From the NCBI GenBank assembly GCA_021847985.1, contig JAJZNF010000193.1:21866-85865 (forward strand): DNA of 64,000 nt. The letters are read 5' to 3'. The translations under genes and the position numbers were made by a program. Source of the stretch: Actinomycetes bacterium. Its GTDB lineage: Bacteria; Actinomycetota; Acidimicrobiia; Acidimicrobiales; Acidimicrobiaceae. Positions 30,850 to 41,824 of this stretch are shown piece by piece; within the stretch, counting starts at the first letter, position 1; each line of letters opens with the position of its first letter. The notes below the pieces were generated by a model that worked only from the letters and a program-made list of their open reading frames with translations, did no database searches and had not been told where the DNA came from.

Positions 30850-32328
30850 TTACTCTCCGAACTCCTCGAGGAAGTAGCAGAGCAGCCGCGCTCCGAAGCC
30901 CGTCCCACCCACTGGCAGATAGCCTTCGGCGCTCGACGAGCGCGACGGCCCGGCGATGTCGAGGTGGGCCCAGGGAATGTTCCCGACGAACTGTGCAAGG
31001 AGCATGGCGCCGGCAATAGCGCCGGCCTGACCGGGCTCCCCCATGTTCTTCATGTCGGCCACCTCGGAACGGATGTGCTTGCGATACCGTTCGGGCAGGG
31101 GAAGTTGCCAGAGCTGCTCACCGGCAACGTCACCCGCGAAGCTGAGATCGGTCACCAGTTCCTGGCTGTTGGCGAACACCCCGGCGATCTCGCGGCCAAG
31201 CGCCACCACGCACGCTCCGGTGAGCGTGGCGATGTCCACGATGTAATCCGGGGACTGCTCGGTGGCAAGGGCCAGACCATCGGCCAGAACCAGCCGGCCT
31301 TCGGCGTCGGTGTTCAGCACCTCAATGGTCTTTCCCGCCCGCGTCACGACAACGTCACCAGGCTTGGTGGCCGACCCGCCCGGCATGTTCTCGGTGAGCA
31401 TCATGAAACCGACGACTTTGACAGGCACCTCGAGCGCCGGAAGCGCGAGCATGGCCGAGAGCACCGCCGCCGCGCCACTCATGTCCGTCTTCATCGTGGT
31501 CATACCATCCGCCGGCTTAAGGCTGAGGCCGCCCGAATCAAAGGTGATGCCTTTGCCAACCAGTGCGACGGTCTTCTCGGCCCGTACCTTGGGCTGATAT
31601 GTCAGCTTCACCATGCGTGGCGGCTGCGCGGAACCGCGCGCCACGCCCATCAAGCCGCCAAGCCGCTCGGACTTGATACGAGCCTCGTCCCATACCTCGA
31701 TGGAGAGCTCGGGATGTCCGGCCACGAGCTCGCCGGCCCGCTCTGCGAATGCGGCGGGGGTCATAACCGAGGCAGGCTCGTTGACCATGTCGCGCGCCAG
31801 GCAGGTCGCCTGAGCGACGGTTACGCCGCGGGATATCTCCTCCGCCGCGCCAATCTCCTCGGGCGCGGTGACCACGTAAGTCACCCGCGCCAGCTTCGAT
31901 CCCGCGGCCAGGGCCTCCTCATCGGTGTGATACTTGTCGAAGCCGTATCCGGCCAGCACGATGCCCTCGGTCAAGTAGCGCAGAGACATGGGGCCAAGAT
32001 TCTCGAGGTACGCCGGAATCACGATCGAGGCGCTATCGAACCCCTTTGCCGACCCGGCAATCGCCGCCCCTACCTTGCGAAGCTCGTCCGCGTCCTCCGT
32101 GCCGGCCGCCATGCCAACCGCGATCACCGGCGAGGAACCTGCCAGCGGAATGAGAAGAGTGGTGGCGGCTTTGGCGTTAAAGCCCAGCCCAGCGGACGAA
32201 AAGTCCTCCAGGGACGCCCCGTTCAAGGAGGCGAGAGGCGAACGCAGAGCGCCTTCTTCCACCAGCTCGACCATGACCGCGGAGGCCGGATCTGCAACCG
32301 CGCTGGTAATGAATTCGATCTCGGGCAT
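30850..32328 (-). CDS. pepA: Leucyl aminopeptidase (M17)
   Basis: GKGITFDSGG, MKTDMSGAA, NTDAEGRL, ATLTGA, HLDIAG. Confidence 0.95.
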   Translation of the reverse strand: MPEIEFITSAVADPASAVMVELVEEGALRSPLASLNGASLEDFSSAGLGFNAKAATTLLIPLAGSSPVIAVGMAAGTEDADELRKVGAAIAGSAKGFDSASIVIPAYLENLGPMSLRYLTEGIVLAGYGFDKYHTDEEALAAGSKLARVTYVVTAPEEIGAAEEISRGVTVAQATCLARDMVNEPASVMTPAAFAERAGELVAGHPELSIEVWDEARIKSERLGGLMGVARGSAQPPRMVKLTYQPKVRAEKTVALVGKGITFDSGGLSLKPADGMTTMKTDMSGAAAVLSAMLALPALEVPVKVVGFMMLTENMPGGSATKPGDVVVTRAGKTIEVLNTDAEGRLVLADGLALATEQSPDYIVDIATLTGACVVALGREIAGVFANSQELVTDLSFAGDVAGEQLWQLPLPERYRKHIRSEVADMKNMGEPGQAGAIAGAMLLAQFVGNIPWAHLDIAGPSRSSSAEGYLPVGGTGFGARLLCYFLEEFGE

Positions 32329-32377
32329 GCCAAGGGCTCCTGTCTCGTGCCGCCGAGGGCGAAGCCGCCGGTCGGCG

Positions 32378-32956
32378 CTAGCTTTCCTCGCTCAACTTAG
32401 TGTCGCCACTGCCGCGAACCTCCTTGGCCAGCAGGTGCTCCCCCTCCTGCCAGCGCGCCAGGGCCCAGCAAAGGTCGGAGAGGCGGTTCAAGTACGGGCC
32501 GACGCTCGAGTCCGGGTGGACGCGCATGAACGGCAGGGAGAGCCGCTCCGCGCGTCTGACCACCGTGCGCGCCACGTCCAGGGCTGCCGAGAGCGGATTC
32601 GATCCGGGCACCACAAATGCCTTGGGCATCTCGAAGCGCTCCATGGCGTCATCGATCAACCCCTCGAGCCGCGCAACCATCTCCGGCGTGACAAGTGTCT
32701 TGCCCGCCGCCAGCTTCGAACGGGAATCCTCACCTGTGGCGACCTCGGCCATGAGCACCCAGAGGTCGGCTTCGAGGGAGATCACGATCTCGTCGAGCGC
32801 GGTGCCGCGCTGGTCAAGCGAGCGCGCGAAGCCAAGATGCGCCTGGGCCTCGTCAACTGCGCCGTTCAGCTCGACCCGAAAGGAGTCCTTCTGGACTCTT
32901 CCTCCGTAAAGGAGGCCCGTGGTGCCGTCATCGCCCTTTTTGGTGTAGATCTTCAC
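32378..32956 (-). CDS. ATP:cob(I)alamin adenosyltransferase, PduO type
   Basis: IYTKKGDDGTT, GAVDEA, ARTVVRRAER, YLNRLSD. Confidence 0.93.
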   Translation of the reverse strand: MKIYTKKGDDGTTGLLYGGRVQKDSFRVELNGAVDEAQAHLGFARSLDQRGTALDEIVISLEADLWVLMAEVATGEDSRSKLAAGKTLVTPEMVARLEGLIDDAMERFEMPKAFVVPGSNPLSAALDVARTVVRRAERLSLPFMRVHPDSSVGPYLNRLSDLCWALARWQEGEHLLAKEVRGSGDTKLSEES

Positions 32957-33036
32957 GCCATCAAGCTACAGCACCCGCTCGCCCTCGAGGCTTTTGCGCC
33001 AACGCTAGCCTGTAGGAAAAGCCTGTGGAGAGGGAA

Positions 33037-36000
33037 ATGAGCGACTACCTGGACCTTATCAAGGAGCGCGTCGTCATCTTCGACGGCGCCACAGGCACAA
33101 ACCTGCAGCTGGCGCAGCTGGGGGCGGATGACTTCGGAGGGGCCCAGTTCGAGGGGCTCAACGAGCATCTCGTCTTCACACGGCCGCAGGTGGTGGCCGA
33201 CCTGCATGCAAGCTTCTACGAGGTCGGCTCGGACGTGGTCGAGACCAACAGCTTCGGCTCGTTCCCGATCGTCCTCGCCGAGTACGGAATACCTGAGGCG
33301 ACCTTCGAGATCAACCTGGAGGCAGCAAGAATTGCCCGCAGGGTCGCGTCCGAGTTCTCCTCGCCTTCGCGCAAGAGGTTCGTAGCCGGATCCATGGGCC
33401 CCGGCACCAAGCTCCCCTCGCTGGGGCAGATCGGCTTCGACGAGCTTGCCGCCGGATACAAGGAGCAGGTCAAGGGCCTGTTAACTGGAGGTGTGGACCT
33501 CCTCCTGGTCGAGACCGTATACGACCTGCTCGGAGCAAAGGCGGCCATCATCGGGGCCAGGGAGGCGATGAGCGAGCTCGGACTGTGGGTGCCGATCCAG
33601 GCACAGGTGACGGTGGAGCTCACCGGCCGCATGCTTCCGGGCACCGAAATCGCCGCCGCGCTGGTCTCATTGCGCGCAATGGACGTGGACGTCATTGGGA
33701 TGAACTGCGCCACTGGTCCGAACGAGATGGGCGAGCACCTGCGCTACCTGACCCAGAACACCTCGATCCCGGTCTCGGCGCAGCCCAACGCCGGGCTACC
33801 GTCGGTCGTCGAGGGCAGGATGCACTACGACCTCACCCCGGAGCAGCTCGCCCGGGCCCAGCATCGCTTCGTTGAGGAGATGGGGGTGGGCGTGGTCGGG
33901 GGCTGCTGCGGCACCACGCCGGAGCACATATCCGCCGTGGTCGAGGCGGTCTCGGGGAAGCGGGCGCAAGCACACACCTTCGATGCCCCGCCGGCGGTCT
34001 CCTCCCTCTACAGCGCGGCCTCCATCACCCAGGACCTCTCCTACTTCTCCGTCGGCGAGCGGACAAACGCCAACGGGTCGAAGCGATTCAGGGAGGCGAT
34101 GCTCTCCCAGGACTGGGACGTTTGTTTGGAAATCGCACGCGACCAGGTGGGAGAAGGGGCTGACGCAATCGACCTCTGCGTGGACTACACCGGAGCGGAT
34201 GGAGTGGCCGACATGGAGTCCCTCGCCTCGCGGCTGGCCACTGCCTCCACGCTTCCGATCGTGCTCGACTCGACCGAGCCTCAGGTGATCGAGACGGGCT
34301 TGAAGCACCTTGGTGGACGACCAATCCTGAACTCTGTGAATCTGGAGGACGGCGACGGGCCGGGCACGCGCCTCGACTCCTTCCTGCGCCTGGCCAAAAA
34401 GTACGGAGCCGCCGTGGTGGCCACCTGCATCGATCAAGAAGGTCAGGCCCGCACGGCGGAGTGGAAACTGCGCGCGGCCAAGGCGATATACGAAGTCGCC
34501 ACCACGCGCTACGGCATGAAGCCGGGCGATCTCCTGTTCGATCCACTGGTGCTTCCGATTTCGACAGGAATGGAGGAGTCGCGCCGGGACGGCATCGAGA
34601 CGATCGAGGGAATACGGCGCATCAAGCAGGAGATGCCAGGCGTATTCACGCTCGTCGGTCTCTCGAACGTATCCTTCGGACTCAGCCCCGCGGCCCGAGC
34701 GGTGCTCAACTCCGTGTTCCTGGCCGAGTGCACGGCCGCCGGCCTTGATGCGGCCATTGTGCACCCCTCCAAGATCCTTCCCCTCTCCAAGATCGGCGAG
34801 GAGGAGAAGCAGGTCTGCCTCGACCTCATCTACGACCGGCGCCGGGAGGGCTACGACCCGCTATCCGAGCTGATCCGGCTCTTCGAGGGGGTCTCGGCCG
34901 CCGGCTCGACCAAGGAGGACCTGAGCCTGCTTCCGGTCACCGAGCGGCTCGCGCGACGGATCATCGATGGCGACAGGGCGAACATATCCGCGGACCTCGA
35001 CGAGGCGCTCGCGGCGGGCTACAGTGCCCTCGATCTCATAAACGAGCACTTGCTGGCTGGAATGAAGGTGGTTGGCGACCTCTTCGGGTCGGGCCAGATG
35101 CAGCTCCCCTTCGTCCTTTCATCGGCCGAGGCGATGAAGACCGCAATCGCGCACCTGGAGCCGTACATGGAGGCCGCAGCCATCTCGAAGAAGGGCACGG
35201 TCGTGCTGGCCACGGTCAAGGGTGACGTTCACGACATCGGCAAGAACCTGGTGGACATCATCTTCTCCAACAACGGCTACGAAGTCCACAACCTGGGGAT
35301 CAAAGTCTCCATCTCCGAGATGATCGCCAAGGCGCTTGAGGTTGGCGCCGACGCGATTGGGATGAGCGGGCTGCTGGTGAAAAGCACCCTCATCATGAGG
35401 GAGAACCTTGAGGAAATTGCCAGCCGCGGTCTGGAACGGATACCGGTGCTCCTGGGAGGCGCGGCTTTGACGAGGACCTACGTCGAGCGCGATCTACGCG
35501 GGAATTATCCGGGGCGGGTCTTTTACGGCAAAGACGCGTTCGAGGGACTCGGGGTGATGGACAAGCTCATGCAGATCAAGGCGGGTGCACTGCAGGACGA
35601 CACCTTCGGCCGCGAGCTCGGCACCCGCAAGATCGGGCCGCGCAAGTCCGAGCAGCGTGCGCTGCTGCCCGAGCCGGAAGTTTCGCGGAGCCCGGAAGTG
35701 GCCACCGACAATCCCGTCTTCGTGCCGCCCTTCGTGGGAGTGCGCGTCGCCTCGGGAATCCCCATCGACGAGATCGCCACCTTCCTGAACGAGACCGCCC
35801 TATTCCGGAACCAGTGGGGCTATCGGCCCGAAAAAGGTGAGAACGATGGCGAGTTCAAACAAAGGGTGCGCGTATTGCTGCGGCAAGAGCTCGACAAGGC
35901 CAAGGCGGAGGGTCTCCTGATTCCCAAGGTCGCCTGGGGCTACTTCGCGGTGGGGTCGCGCGGGAACAAGCTCCTCGTGTTCGCCGACGAGACGCGGAGC

Positions 36001-36501
36001 GAGGTCGTCGAGGAATTCGACTTCCCTCGGCAGAAAAGCGAGCCCTACCTCTGCATCTCCGATTTCTTCCGTCCTGCCGACGGATCCGAAGTCGACTACA
36101 TCGCAATGCAGGCGGTGACCATGGGGCCGGAGGTGTCGCGGAGGACAGCGGAGCTCTTCACATCCAACGATTACGGCGCCTACCTGAGGCTGCACGGCCT
36201 GGGGGTCGAAATGGCCGAGGCGCTGGCAGAATACTGGCACCATCGGATCCGCACGGAGTGGGGATTCGTCGCCGAAGACGGAGAGAGCCTGGCGGGCCTT
36301 TTCCGCCAGAAGTACCGCGGCGGGCGATACTCGTTCGGCTACCCCGCCTGCCCTCGCCTGGAGGACAACGAGAAGCTCGTCAGGCTCCTAGGAGCGGACC
36401 GGATCGGCATTGAGGTTTCGGAGGGCTTCCAGCTCCATCCCGAGCAGTCAACCACCGCGATCGTCTGTCATCATCCCCAGGCCAAGTACTTCGTGGCATG
36501 A
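33037..36501 (+). CDS. metH: Cobalamin-dependent methionine synthase
   Basis: DGATGT, NCATGP, GGCCGTT, GERTNANGS, GDVHDIGKN, RYSFGYPACP, HPEQST. Confidence 0.97.
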   Translation: MSDYLDLIKERVVIFDGATGTNLQLAQLGADDFGGAQFEGLNEHLVFTRPQVVADLHASFYEVGSDVVETNSFGSFPIVLAEYGIPEATFEINLEAARIARRVASEFSSPSRKRFVAGSMGPGTKLPSLGQIGFDELAAGYKEQVKGLLTGGVDLLLVETVYDLLGAKAAIIGAREAMSELGLWVPIQAQVTVELTGRMLPGTEIAAALVSLRAMDVDVIGMNCATGPNEMGEHLRYLTQNTSIPVSAQPNAGLPSVVEGRMHYDLTPEQLARAQHRFVEEMGVGVVGGCCGTTPEHISAVVEAVSGKRAQAHTFDAPPAVSSLYSAASITQDLSYFSVGERTNANGSKRFREAMLSQDWDVCLEIARDQVGEGADAIDLCVDYTGADGVADMESLASRLATASTLPIVLDSTEPQVIETGLKHLGGRPILNSVNLEDGDGPGTRLDSFLRLAKKYGAAVVATCIDQEGQARTAEWKLRAAKAIYEVATTRYGMKPGDLLFDPLVLPISTGMEESRRDGIETIEGIRRIKQEMPGVFTLVGLSNVSFGLSPAARAVLNSVFLAECTAAGLDAAIVHPSKILPLSKIGEEEKQVCLDLIYDRRREGYDPLSELIRLFEGVSAAGSTKEDLSLLPVTERLARRIIDGDRANISADLDEALAAGYSALDLINEHLLAGMKVVGDLFGSGQMQLPFVLSSAEAMKTAIAHLEPYMEAAAISKKGTVVLATVKGDVHDIGKNLVDIIFSNNGYEVHNLGIKVSISEMIAKALEVGADAIGMSGLLVKSTLIMRENLEEIASRGLERIPVLLGGAALTRTYVERDLRGNYPGRVFYGKDAFEGLGVMDKLMQIKAGALQDDTFGRELGTRKIGPRKSEQRALLPEPEVSRSPEVATDNPVFVPPFVGVRVASGIPIDEIATFLNETALFRNQWGYRPEKGENDGEFKQRVRVLLRQELDKAKAEGLLIPKVAWGYFAVGSRGNKLLVFADETRSEVVEEFDFPRQKSEPYLCISDFFRPADGSEVDYIAMQAVTMGPEVSRRTAELFTSNDYGAYLRLHGLGVEMAEALAEYWHHRIRTEWGFVAEDGESLAGLFRQKYRGGRYSFGYPACPRLEDNEKLVRLLGADRIGIEVSEGFQLHPEQSTTAIVCHHPQAKYFVA

Positions 36502-36563
36502 AGCGCATGCCGTGATGGTGAACCTCCCGCTCGCCGCGGGCCGAACCCGGAACTGAGCCACCC

Positions 36564-37889
36564 GTGCCCAAGAGGATGAACGGGCGCCAGATCGTTGCCC
36601 TCACCGCTGCCTTGGCAGTGGCAGCCGGGGGATTGATCACCGTCGAAGCACAGGCCGCGCGGAACGGGCCGCCCGGACTCGGGACCGGGATCACCCCAGT
36701 CGCCTCGGGCGCCATCACCGCCGCCGAGATGCAGGCGCTGTCCCCGGTGCCCCCTCCGCCCAGCCCTTGGCAGGCTTTTGCCACCAAGGTGGACGCCGGA
36801 CCTGCGATCCAGTTCACCGGGCGATCAACGGGTTACATGATCGAGGGCCAGGGTCCCAGGCCGCGCGTGGACGGGCAGCTGGCTGCCGGGTTCCCTCCCG
36901 AATCATGGCCGGGCACCTCCGTGGTGCTCACGCGCGATGGCGGGCGACACTGGGCGAAATCCCTGACGGTGGCAGAGGGCATCTGGAGCATCGATTTTCC
37001 GAGCCGGTACACGGGATGGGCGGTCGGAGTCGCCGCCTTGTACAAGACCTCGGATCAAGGGCGGAGTTGGACCCTGGCCCAAGAGCCCGCCGGCACGCAC
37101 CTGGTCGAGGTGCGTTTCGATGGCAAAGGGCACGGAATCGGACTCGACACGGCCGGCCAGGTGCACGCGAGCATCGACGGAGGAGCAAGTTGGACGCCGT
37201 CGGAATACGGGGGCCCCTATCTCGACATCTGCCGCTCGCCGGGTGGCGAGTGGCTGGGCGCCGATTCCGGGGGGCGCCTTTGGGAGCTGGGAGCATCGCC
37301 ACCCAAGCTGGCCTTCACTCCAGGGGGCGCGATAACCAGGCACCTGAAGGCGCCGCAGATCTCCCTCTCCTGCGGCAGCGGAACCTGGGAGGTCATCCGC
37401 CAACCGGCAGGGCTGGGCCCGGGATTTCCGCAGGGCGTTCTGGTTTTCGATGCCGATCGCTCCGGTCCCTTCCGGATGGCGCTCTCCAGCGGAACCCTGG
37501 GGGCCGACGCTCGCGGGGAGGCTCTCGCGTCCTCGCAAACCGGCTTTTACCTGAGCGCCGGATACGGCGGCTCTGCCGTCGTCGCCCTTCGAAGTGCCAG
37601 GCCCGGTGAGGTGGAAGTCGAGACGCTCGCCCACGGCGGGGGAGTCTCCTCCGCCACTGTCCTTGGCGGGCTGCCGGACCTGGACTCCTTGCCGGCCTTC
37701 ATGACCAGCGCCATACAAGGCATCGCTTTGTTGCCCGATGGCTTGGGCTGGCTAAAAGTGGACGCGGAAATCCCGAGCGGCGGCATTCAGGCGCCCGACC
37801 CGCGCCGCTACTTGAGCCTGACGTTCTTTACCTCCGACGGCGGCCGCAACTGGCGCCTGCTGCGCAGGGTGGCGGTAAACACCACCTGA
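36564..37889 (+). CDS. Secreted BNR/Asp-box repeat (YCF48-like beta-propeller) protein
   Basis: Signal peptide ending near AQA; Asp-boxes TRDGGRHW, TSDQGRSW, SIDGGASW, TSDGGRNW. Confidence 0.75.
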   Translation: MPKRMNGRQIVALTAALAVAAGGLITVEAQAARNGPPGLGTGITPVASGAITAAEMQALSPVPPPPSPWQAFATKVDAGPAIQFTGRSTGYMIEGQGPRPRVDGQLAAGFPPESWPGTSVVLTRDGGRHWAKSLTVAEGIWSIDFPSRYTGWAVGVAALYKTSDQGRSWTLAQEPAGTHLVEVRFDGKGHGIGLDTAGQVHASIDGGASWTPSEYGGPYLDICRSPGGEWLGADSGGRLWELGASPPKLAFTPGGAITRHLKAPQISLSCGSGTWEVIRQPAGLGPGFPQGVLVFDADRSGPFRMALSSGTLGADARGEALASSQTGFYLSAGYGGSAVVALRSARPGEVEVETLAHGGGVSSATVLGGLPDLDSLPAFMTSAIQGIALLPDGLGWLKVDAEIPSGGIQAPDPRRYLSLTFFTSDGGRNWRLLRRVAVNTT

Positions 37890-37902
37890 GCTGCAGCCCA
37901 CG

Positions 37903-38853
37903 CTAGGCAGTGGCCGCAGCCTGGAGCAAATGGTAAAGAAGGTAGAGCTGCGCGATGGCCAGCGGCTCGCTCTTCTGATCGTCGCTGATTCGGCCAAGGC
38001 TGTCCGGCAATGGCTCGTCGATGCCGAGCTTCGACCAAATAGCCGTCTTGACCTCCTGGGCGACCTCTGTGGGGGCATGGCCGTGCACGTGCAGGGCGTC
38101 CACAGGCTTGCCGTCATCGTCACGGATCAGCTTCAAGTGGATCGCCTCACGGGTGTCGGAGCTGAGGAGATACGTGAGATCGGGATGATCGATGGTCGGC
38201 CGCAGCAGGATGGAGGCGGAAAGAGGCGTGTTGGGGTCCTCGTCGGCGTGGGCGCGCCCGAAGCTGATGACGATGTCGGCGTAAGCGCGCTGCGGGCGGA
38301 TGTAGGCGGCGGACTCCGGCTCCCGCTTCTCGAGATCCGCGAGAACCTGCTCCTCGGTATAACCGCGCTGGCCCACGTCGCGCTTCACCTTCCAAGCGCG
38401 CCGGATGGATTCAGGCGGGTCAAGATAGACCGTGACGTCAAAGCATGCACGGGAGAGCTTCGACCACAGCGGAAAGAGCCCCTCGACCACGACAAAGCCA
38501 CCCGGCTCAAACAGCTCGGGGCGCTCGAGCGTGCCGTGGTGGTGGTCGTACACCGGCTTCAGTATCGGCTGCCCCATGGCCACCAGCTGCAAATGCTGTT
38601 CCATGATCTGCAGGTAGTTGCATTCGGGGTGAAGCGGGGTGAATGGCAGCGCCTTGCGTTCGATCCTGTCGTAGCGGTGGTAGTCGTCGGTGCAGAAGGA
38701 GCGGATGTTCTCCTGCCCGAGCGCTTCGACCAAACCGCGGGTAAGGGTCGTCTTTCCCACCGCCGAGTCGCCGGCGATCGCCAGCATCGGCGTGTGGGTC
38801 AGAGGGCGTTCACGATTGGCCTTTTGGATCATTGCCATGCGATGCGGCATCAT
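37903..38853 (-). CDS. prk: Phosphoribulokinase (cyanobacterial/actinobacterial type)
   Basis: AGDSAVGKTT, DDYHRYDR, KPVYDH, VEGL, WKVKRD..RGY, YIRPQRAYAD; CBB context. Confidence 0.92.
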   Translation of the reverse strand: MMPHRMAMIQKANRERPLTHTPMLAIAGDSAVGKTTLTRGLVEALGQENIRSFCTDDYHRYDRIERKALPFTPLHPECNYLQIMEQHLQLVAMGQPILKPVYDHHHGTLERPELFEPGGFVVVEGLFPLWSKLSRACFDVTVYLDPPESIRRAWKVKRDVGQRGYTEEQVLADLEKREPESAAYIRPQRAYADIVISFGRAHADEDPNTPLSASILLRPTIDHPDLTYLLSSDTREAIHLKLIRDDDGKPVDALHVHGHAPTEVAQEVKTAIWSKLGIDEPLPDSLGRISDDQKSEPLAIAQLYLLYHLLQAAATA

Positions 38854-38884
38854 CGTTGGTCCTTCCTACGCGTTTGGATGCTGT

Positions 38885-41809
38885 TCAGGCGAACTGCGAG
38901 ACGACGGAGTAGCTGCCGTTGCGGATCAGCGCCGTCGAGATGAAGTAGCCGCCCTCGCGCTTGACTATCGGATCGAGTACGCCGGCACCCGTGACCGAGG
39001 TGATCGAAACCACCGGCTCGGCGGTGACCAGATCGTCCTGGTTGAAGACCTTCTCCATGGTGCCCTCGCCAAAATCGCGAACCATCCCGGCCTCGGCCTC
39101 GCTCTGGGGCGCCAGACGCCCCTGGAACTCACCGCCGAGGGCCTTGGCCATGGCGGCCATGATCACTCCCTCCGGGGCGCCACCGACGCCGAAGAGGGCG
39201 TCGATGTGACCAACCAGCACCTCGAACGAGGCCATGACGTCGCCGTCCGGCACCTCCCGGACCCTGGCGCCCGCCGCGCGGATCCGCGCAATGAGCTCCT
39301 TGTGGCGCGGCTTATCGAGCACAATGACCTCGAGCTCGTCGACACGCTTCTCAAGCGCCTTTGCCAGCATCTCCAGGTTGGCCTCGATTGGGCTGTCGAT
39401 GGCGAGCACGCCTTTGGCCTGTGAGCCCACCACGATCTTGTCCATGTAGAAGCCGGGAACGAAGGTGAAGTTGCCCGCCGGCGCCGCAGCGATTACCGAG
39501 ACCGCACCAGGCTGTCCCTTTGCCACGTAGTTGGTGCCCTCCAACGGGTCGACCGCGATGTCGAAAGGCGTGGTGGACCCGGACCCGAGCTGCTCCCCAC
39601 GGAAAAGCATGGGCGCCTCGTCCTTTTCACCTTCGCCGATCACGACGCGCAGCGAAACCGGAGCGGCACGCAGGGCGTTGCGCATCGCCTCGACAGCCAG
39701 GTGGTCCGCACGCTTGCGATCGCCGCGGCCGATCTCGGAGACGCATGCCCGCGCCGCCTGAGTGCATGCCGCCACCATCGAGCGCTCCAGCACGAGCTCG
39801 GCATTGAGATAGCTGACGCCGGAAGACGCAGGAGCTCGCCTCGCTATGGTCTCGGCAATCCGGGCTGCCACTGCCTGGGGAGTGAACCCGAAATGGGCCT
39901 GCACCTCCGGGCCCTTGCCCGAGGCTCCGAACCCTCTCATTGCCACGATGTCGTCGGTGGACTCGACCAGGGATTCCCATCCCAGAGGACTCAGCGCCTC
40001 GACGACTACCGTCGGGAGCCCGGAGGTTATGGATTGGAGCCTGCCCTTGGTAGCCTCGAGGAAGCGCTCACGCCATAGAACCGAGATGACCCGCGCGGCC
40101 ATGCCACGCGTCTCCGCCAAGTGTTTGGCGGCATCAATGGCCAGGGAGACCTCCGACCCGGTGGCGAAGATGACCGCCTTGGCGTCCTCCGGATCCCAGA
40201 CCACCTGCGCGCCTAGCTCCGTCACCCACGAGGGGTCGCGAGCCTCTGTCACGGTCGGGAGCGCCTGCCGGGTGAAGATGAGCGCCGAGGGCATGGAACC
40301 GTCGCCAAGCGCCACGCTCCAGGCGGCGATGGTCTCGTTGCCGTCCGCGGGACGCATGACCCGCAGGCCGGGAATGGCGCGCAAAGCGGCCACCTGCTCG
40401 ACCGGCTGATGGGTCGGGCCGTCCTCGCCGACCGCGATGCTGTCATGGGTGAAGATGAAGGCGACGGGCAGCTTCATCATGGCTGCCAAGCGGATAGCGG
40501 GGCGCGAGTAGTCCGCAAAGACGAGGAAGGTCGATCCGAACGGGACGAAGCCCCCATGAAGCGCTATCCCGTTCAGGACCGCCGACATGCCGTGCTCGCG
40601 AATTCCGAAGTGGATGAGCCTCCCGCTGAAATCCCCCGGGCGCACCGCAGGCAGCTCGAGATTCGTTCCGGTGGACTCGCCCAGGTCGGCCGTTCCTCCA
40701 ATCAATCCCGGCAGCCGGTCGAGAAGCTGAGCCAGGACCTCTTTGGAGCTGACGCGCGTGGCGACCTTGCGGTCCGGCGCGAAGGGTGCCAGCGCGCCGG
40801 CCAGCTCCCCCGCGGAGGGGATCGTGGCGGTGAAGACCGATGCCACTTCCGGCCCGGCGGCCTCGAAGCGCTCCCGCCAAGTGCTCGCCATGGCGTCGCC
40901 GGCGGCGGCTACTTCGGCAAAGTGCGCATAGACGTCGGCAGGGATTTCGAACGGCGGGAACTCCCAGCCGAAGAACTCCCGGGTGGCGGCCATCTCGGCC
41001 GCCCCCAGGGGCGAGCCGTGCACCGAGGACTTGCCGGCCTTGTGGGGAGCGCCGTAGCCGATCACCGACTTGAGCTCGATCAGGGTGGGCGCCTCGGTGT
41101 GGGCCTTTCCCTCCTCCATCGCGGCGGTGATGGCGTCGACGTCCTGGGCGTCTTCGACGAGCAAAGTGTGCCAGCCGTAGCTGGCAAACCTGGCCCGGGC
41201 GTCGTCTGAGCAGGACAGAGAGGTGCTTCCGTCGATGGTGATGTCGTTGGAGTCGAAGACGACGATCAGGCGCCCCAGGCCCAGGTGTCCGGCCAAGGAT
41301 GCCGCTTCGTGCGAGATGCCTTCCATGAGATCGCCGTCGGAGGCGAAGACAAAGGTGTAGTGCGAGACCAGCTCCCCATGTCCGAGCTCCTCGGCACGGC
41401 TGCGCAACATCTCCTCGGCCAGGGCCATGCCGACCGCCGTCGATATTCCCTGGCCAAGTGGCCCCGTGGTCGTCTCGACGCCCACGGTATGGCCGTGCTC
41501 GGGGTGCCCGGGGGTCAGCGAGCCCAGCTGCCTGAAAGAGCGCAGGTCATCGATGGTTAGCCCGTAGCCGAACAGGTGCAGAAGCGAGTAGAGCAGCGCC
41601 GAGCCGTGTCCCGCCGAGAGGACGAAGCGGTCCCTGCCGGGCCACGACGGATTAGCCGGGCTGTGCCGGAGGACCCGCGCGAAGAGAGCGTATGCGGCGG
41701 GCGCGAGACCGAGGGGCAGGCCGGGATGTCCGGCATTTGCCCACTCGACCTGGTCCACCGAGAGCATGCGGATCGCAGTCACGCACTTGTTGTCTATTTC
41801 AGTCGCCAT
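38885..41809 (-). CDS. Transketolase fused to class II fructose-1,6-/sedoheptulose-1,7-bisphosphatase (GlpX), 974 aa
   Basis: aa 1-~660: [56 protein letters not shown]. Then in frame without a stop: [37 protein letters not shown]. Confidence 0.92.
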   Translation of the reverse strand: MATEIDNKCVTAIRMLSVDQVEWANAGHPGLPLGLAPAAYALFARVLRHSPANPSWPGRDRFVLSAGHGSALLYSLLHLFGYGLTIDDLRSFRQLGSLTPGHPEHGHTVGVETTTGPLGQGISTAVGMALAEEMLRSRAEELGHGELVSHYTFVFASDGDLMEGISHEAASLAGHLGLGRLIVVFDSNDITIDGSTSLSCSDDARARFASYGWHTLLVEDAQDVDAITAAMEEGKAHTEAPTLIELKSVIGYGAPHKAGKSSVHGSPLGAAEMAATREFFGWEFPPFEIPADVYAHFAEVAAAGDAMASTWRERFEAAGPEVASVFTATIPSAGELAGALAPFAPDRKVATRVSSKEVLAQLLDRLPGLIGGTADLGESTGTNLELPAVRPGDFSGRLIHFGIREHGMSAVLNGIALHGGFVPFGSTFLVFADYSRPAIRLAAMMKLPVAFIFTHDSIAVGEDGPTHQPVEQVAALRAIPGLRVMRPADGNETIAAWSVALGDGSMPSALIFTRQALPTVTEARDPSWVTELGAQVVWDPEDAKAVIFATGSEVSLAIDAAKHLAETRGMAARVISVLWRERFLEATKGRLQSITSGLPTVVVEALSPLGWESLVESTDDIVAMRGFGASGKGPEVQAHFGFTPQAVAARIAETIARRAPASSGVSYLNAELVLERSMVAACTQAARACVSEIGRGDRKRADHLAVEAMRNALRAAPVSLRVVIGEGEKDEAPMLFRGEQLGSGSTTPFDIAVDPLEGTNYVAKGQPGAVSVIAAAPAGNFTFVPGFYMDKIVVGSQAKGVLAIDSPIEANLEMLAKALEKRVDELEVIVLDKPRHKELIARIRAAGARVREVPDGDVMASFEVLVGHIDALFGVGGAPEGVIMAAMAKALGGEFQGRLAPQSEAEAGMVRDFGEGTMEKVFNQDDLVTAEPVVSITSVTGAGVLDPIVKREGGYFISTALIRNGSYSVVSQFA

Positions 41810-41824
41810 CGCTGAACTCCTTGC

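Noticed and set aside
32957-33036. Cobalamin or SAM riboswitch before metH
   Set aside because: Gap is only ~80 bp and lacks recognisable conserved boxes
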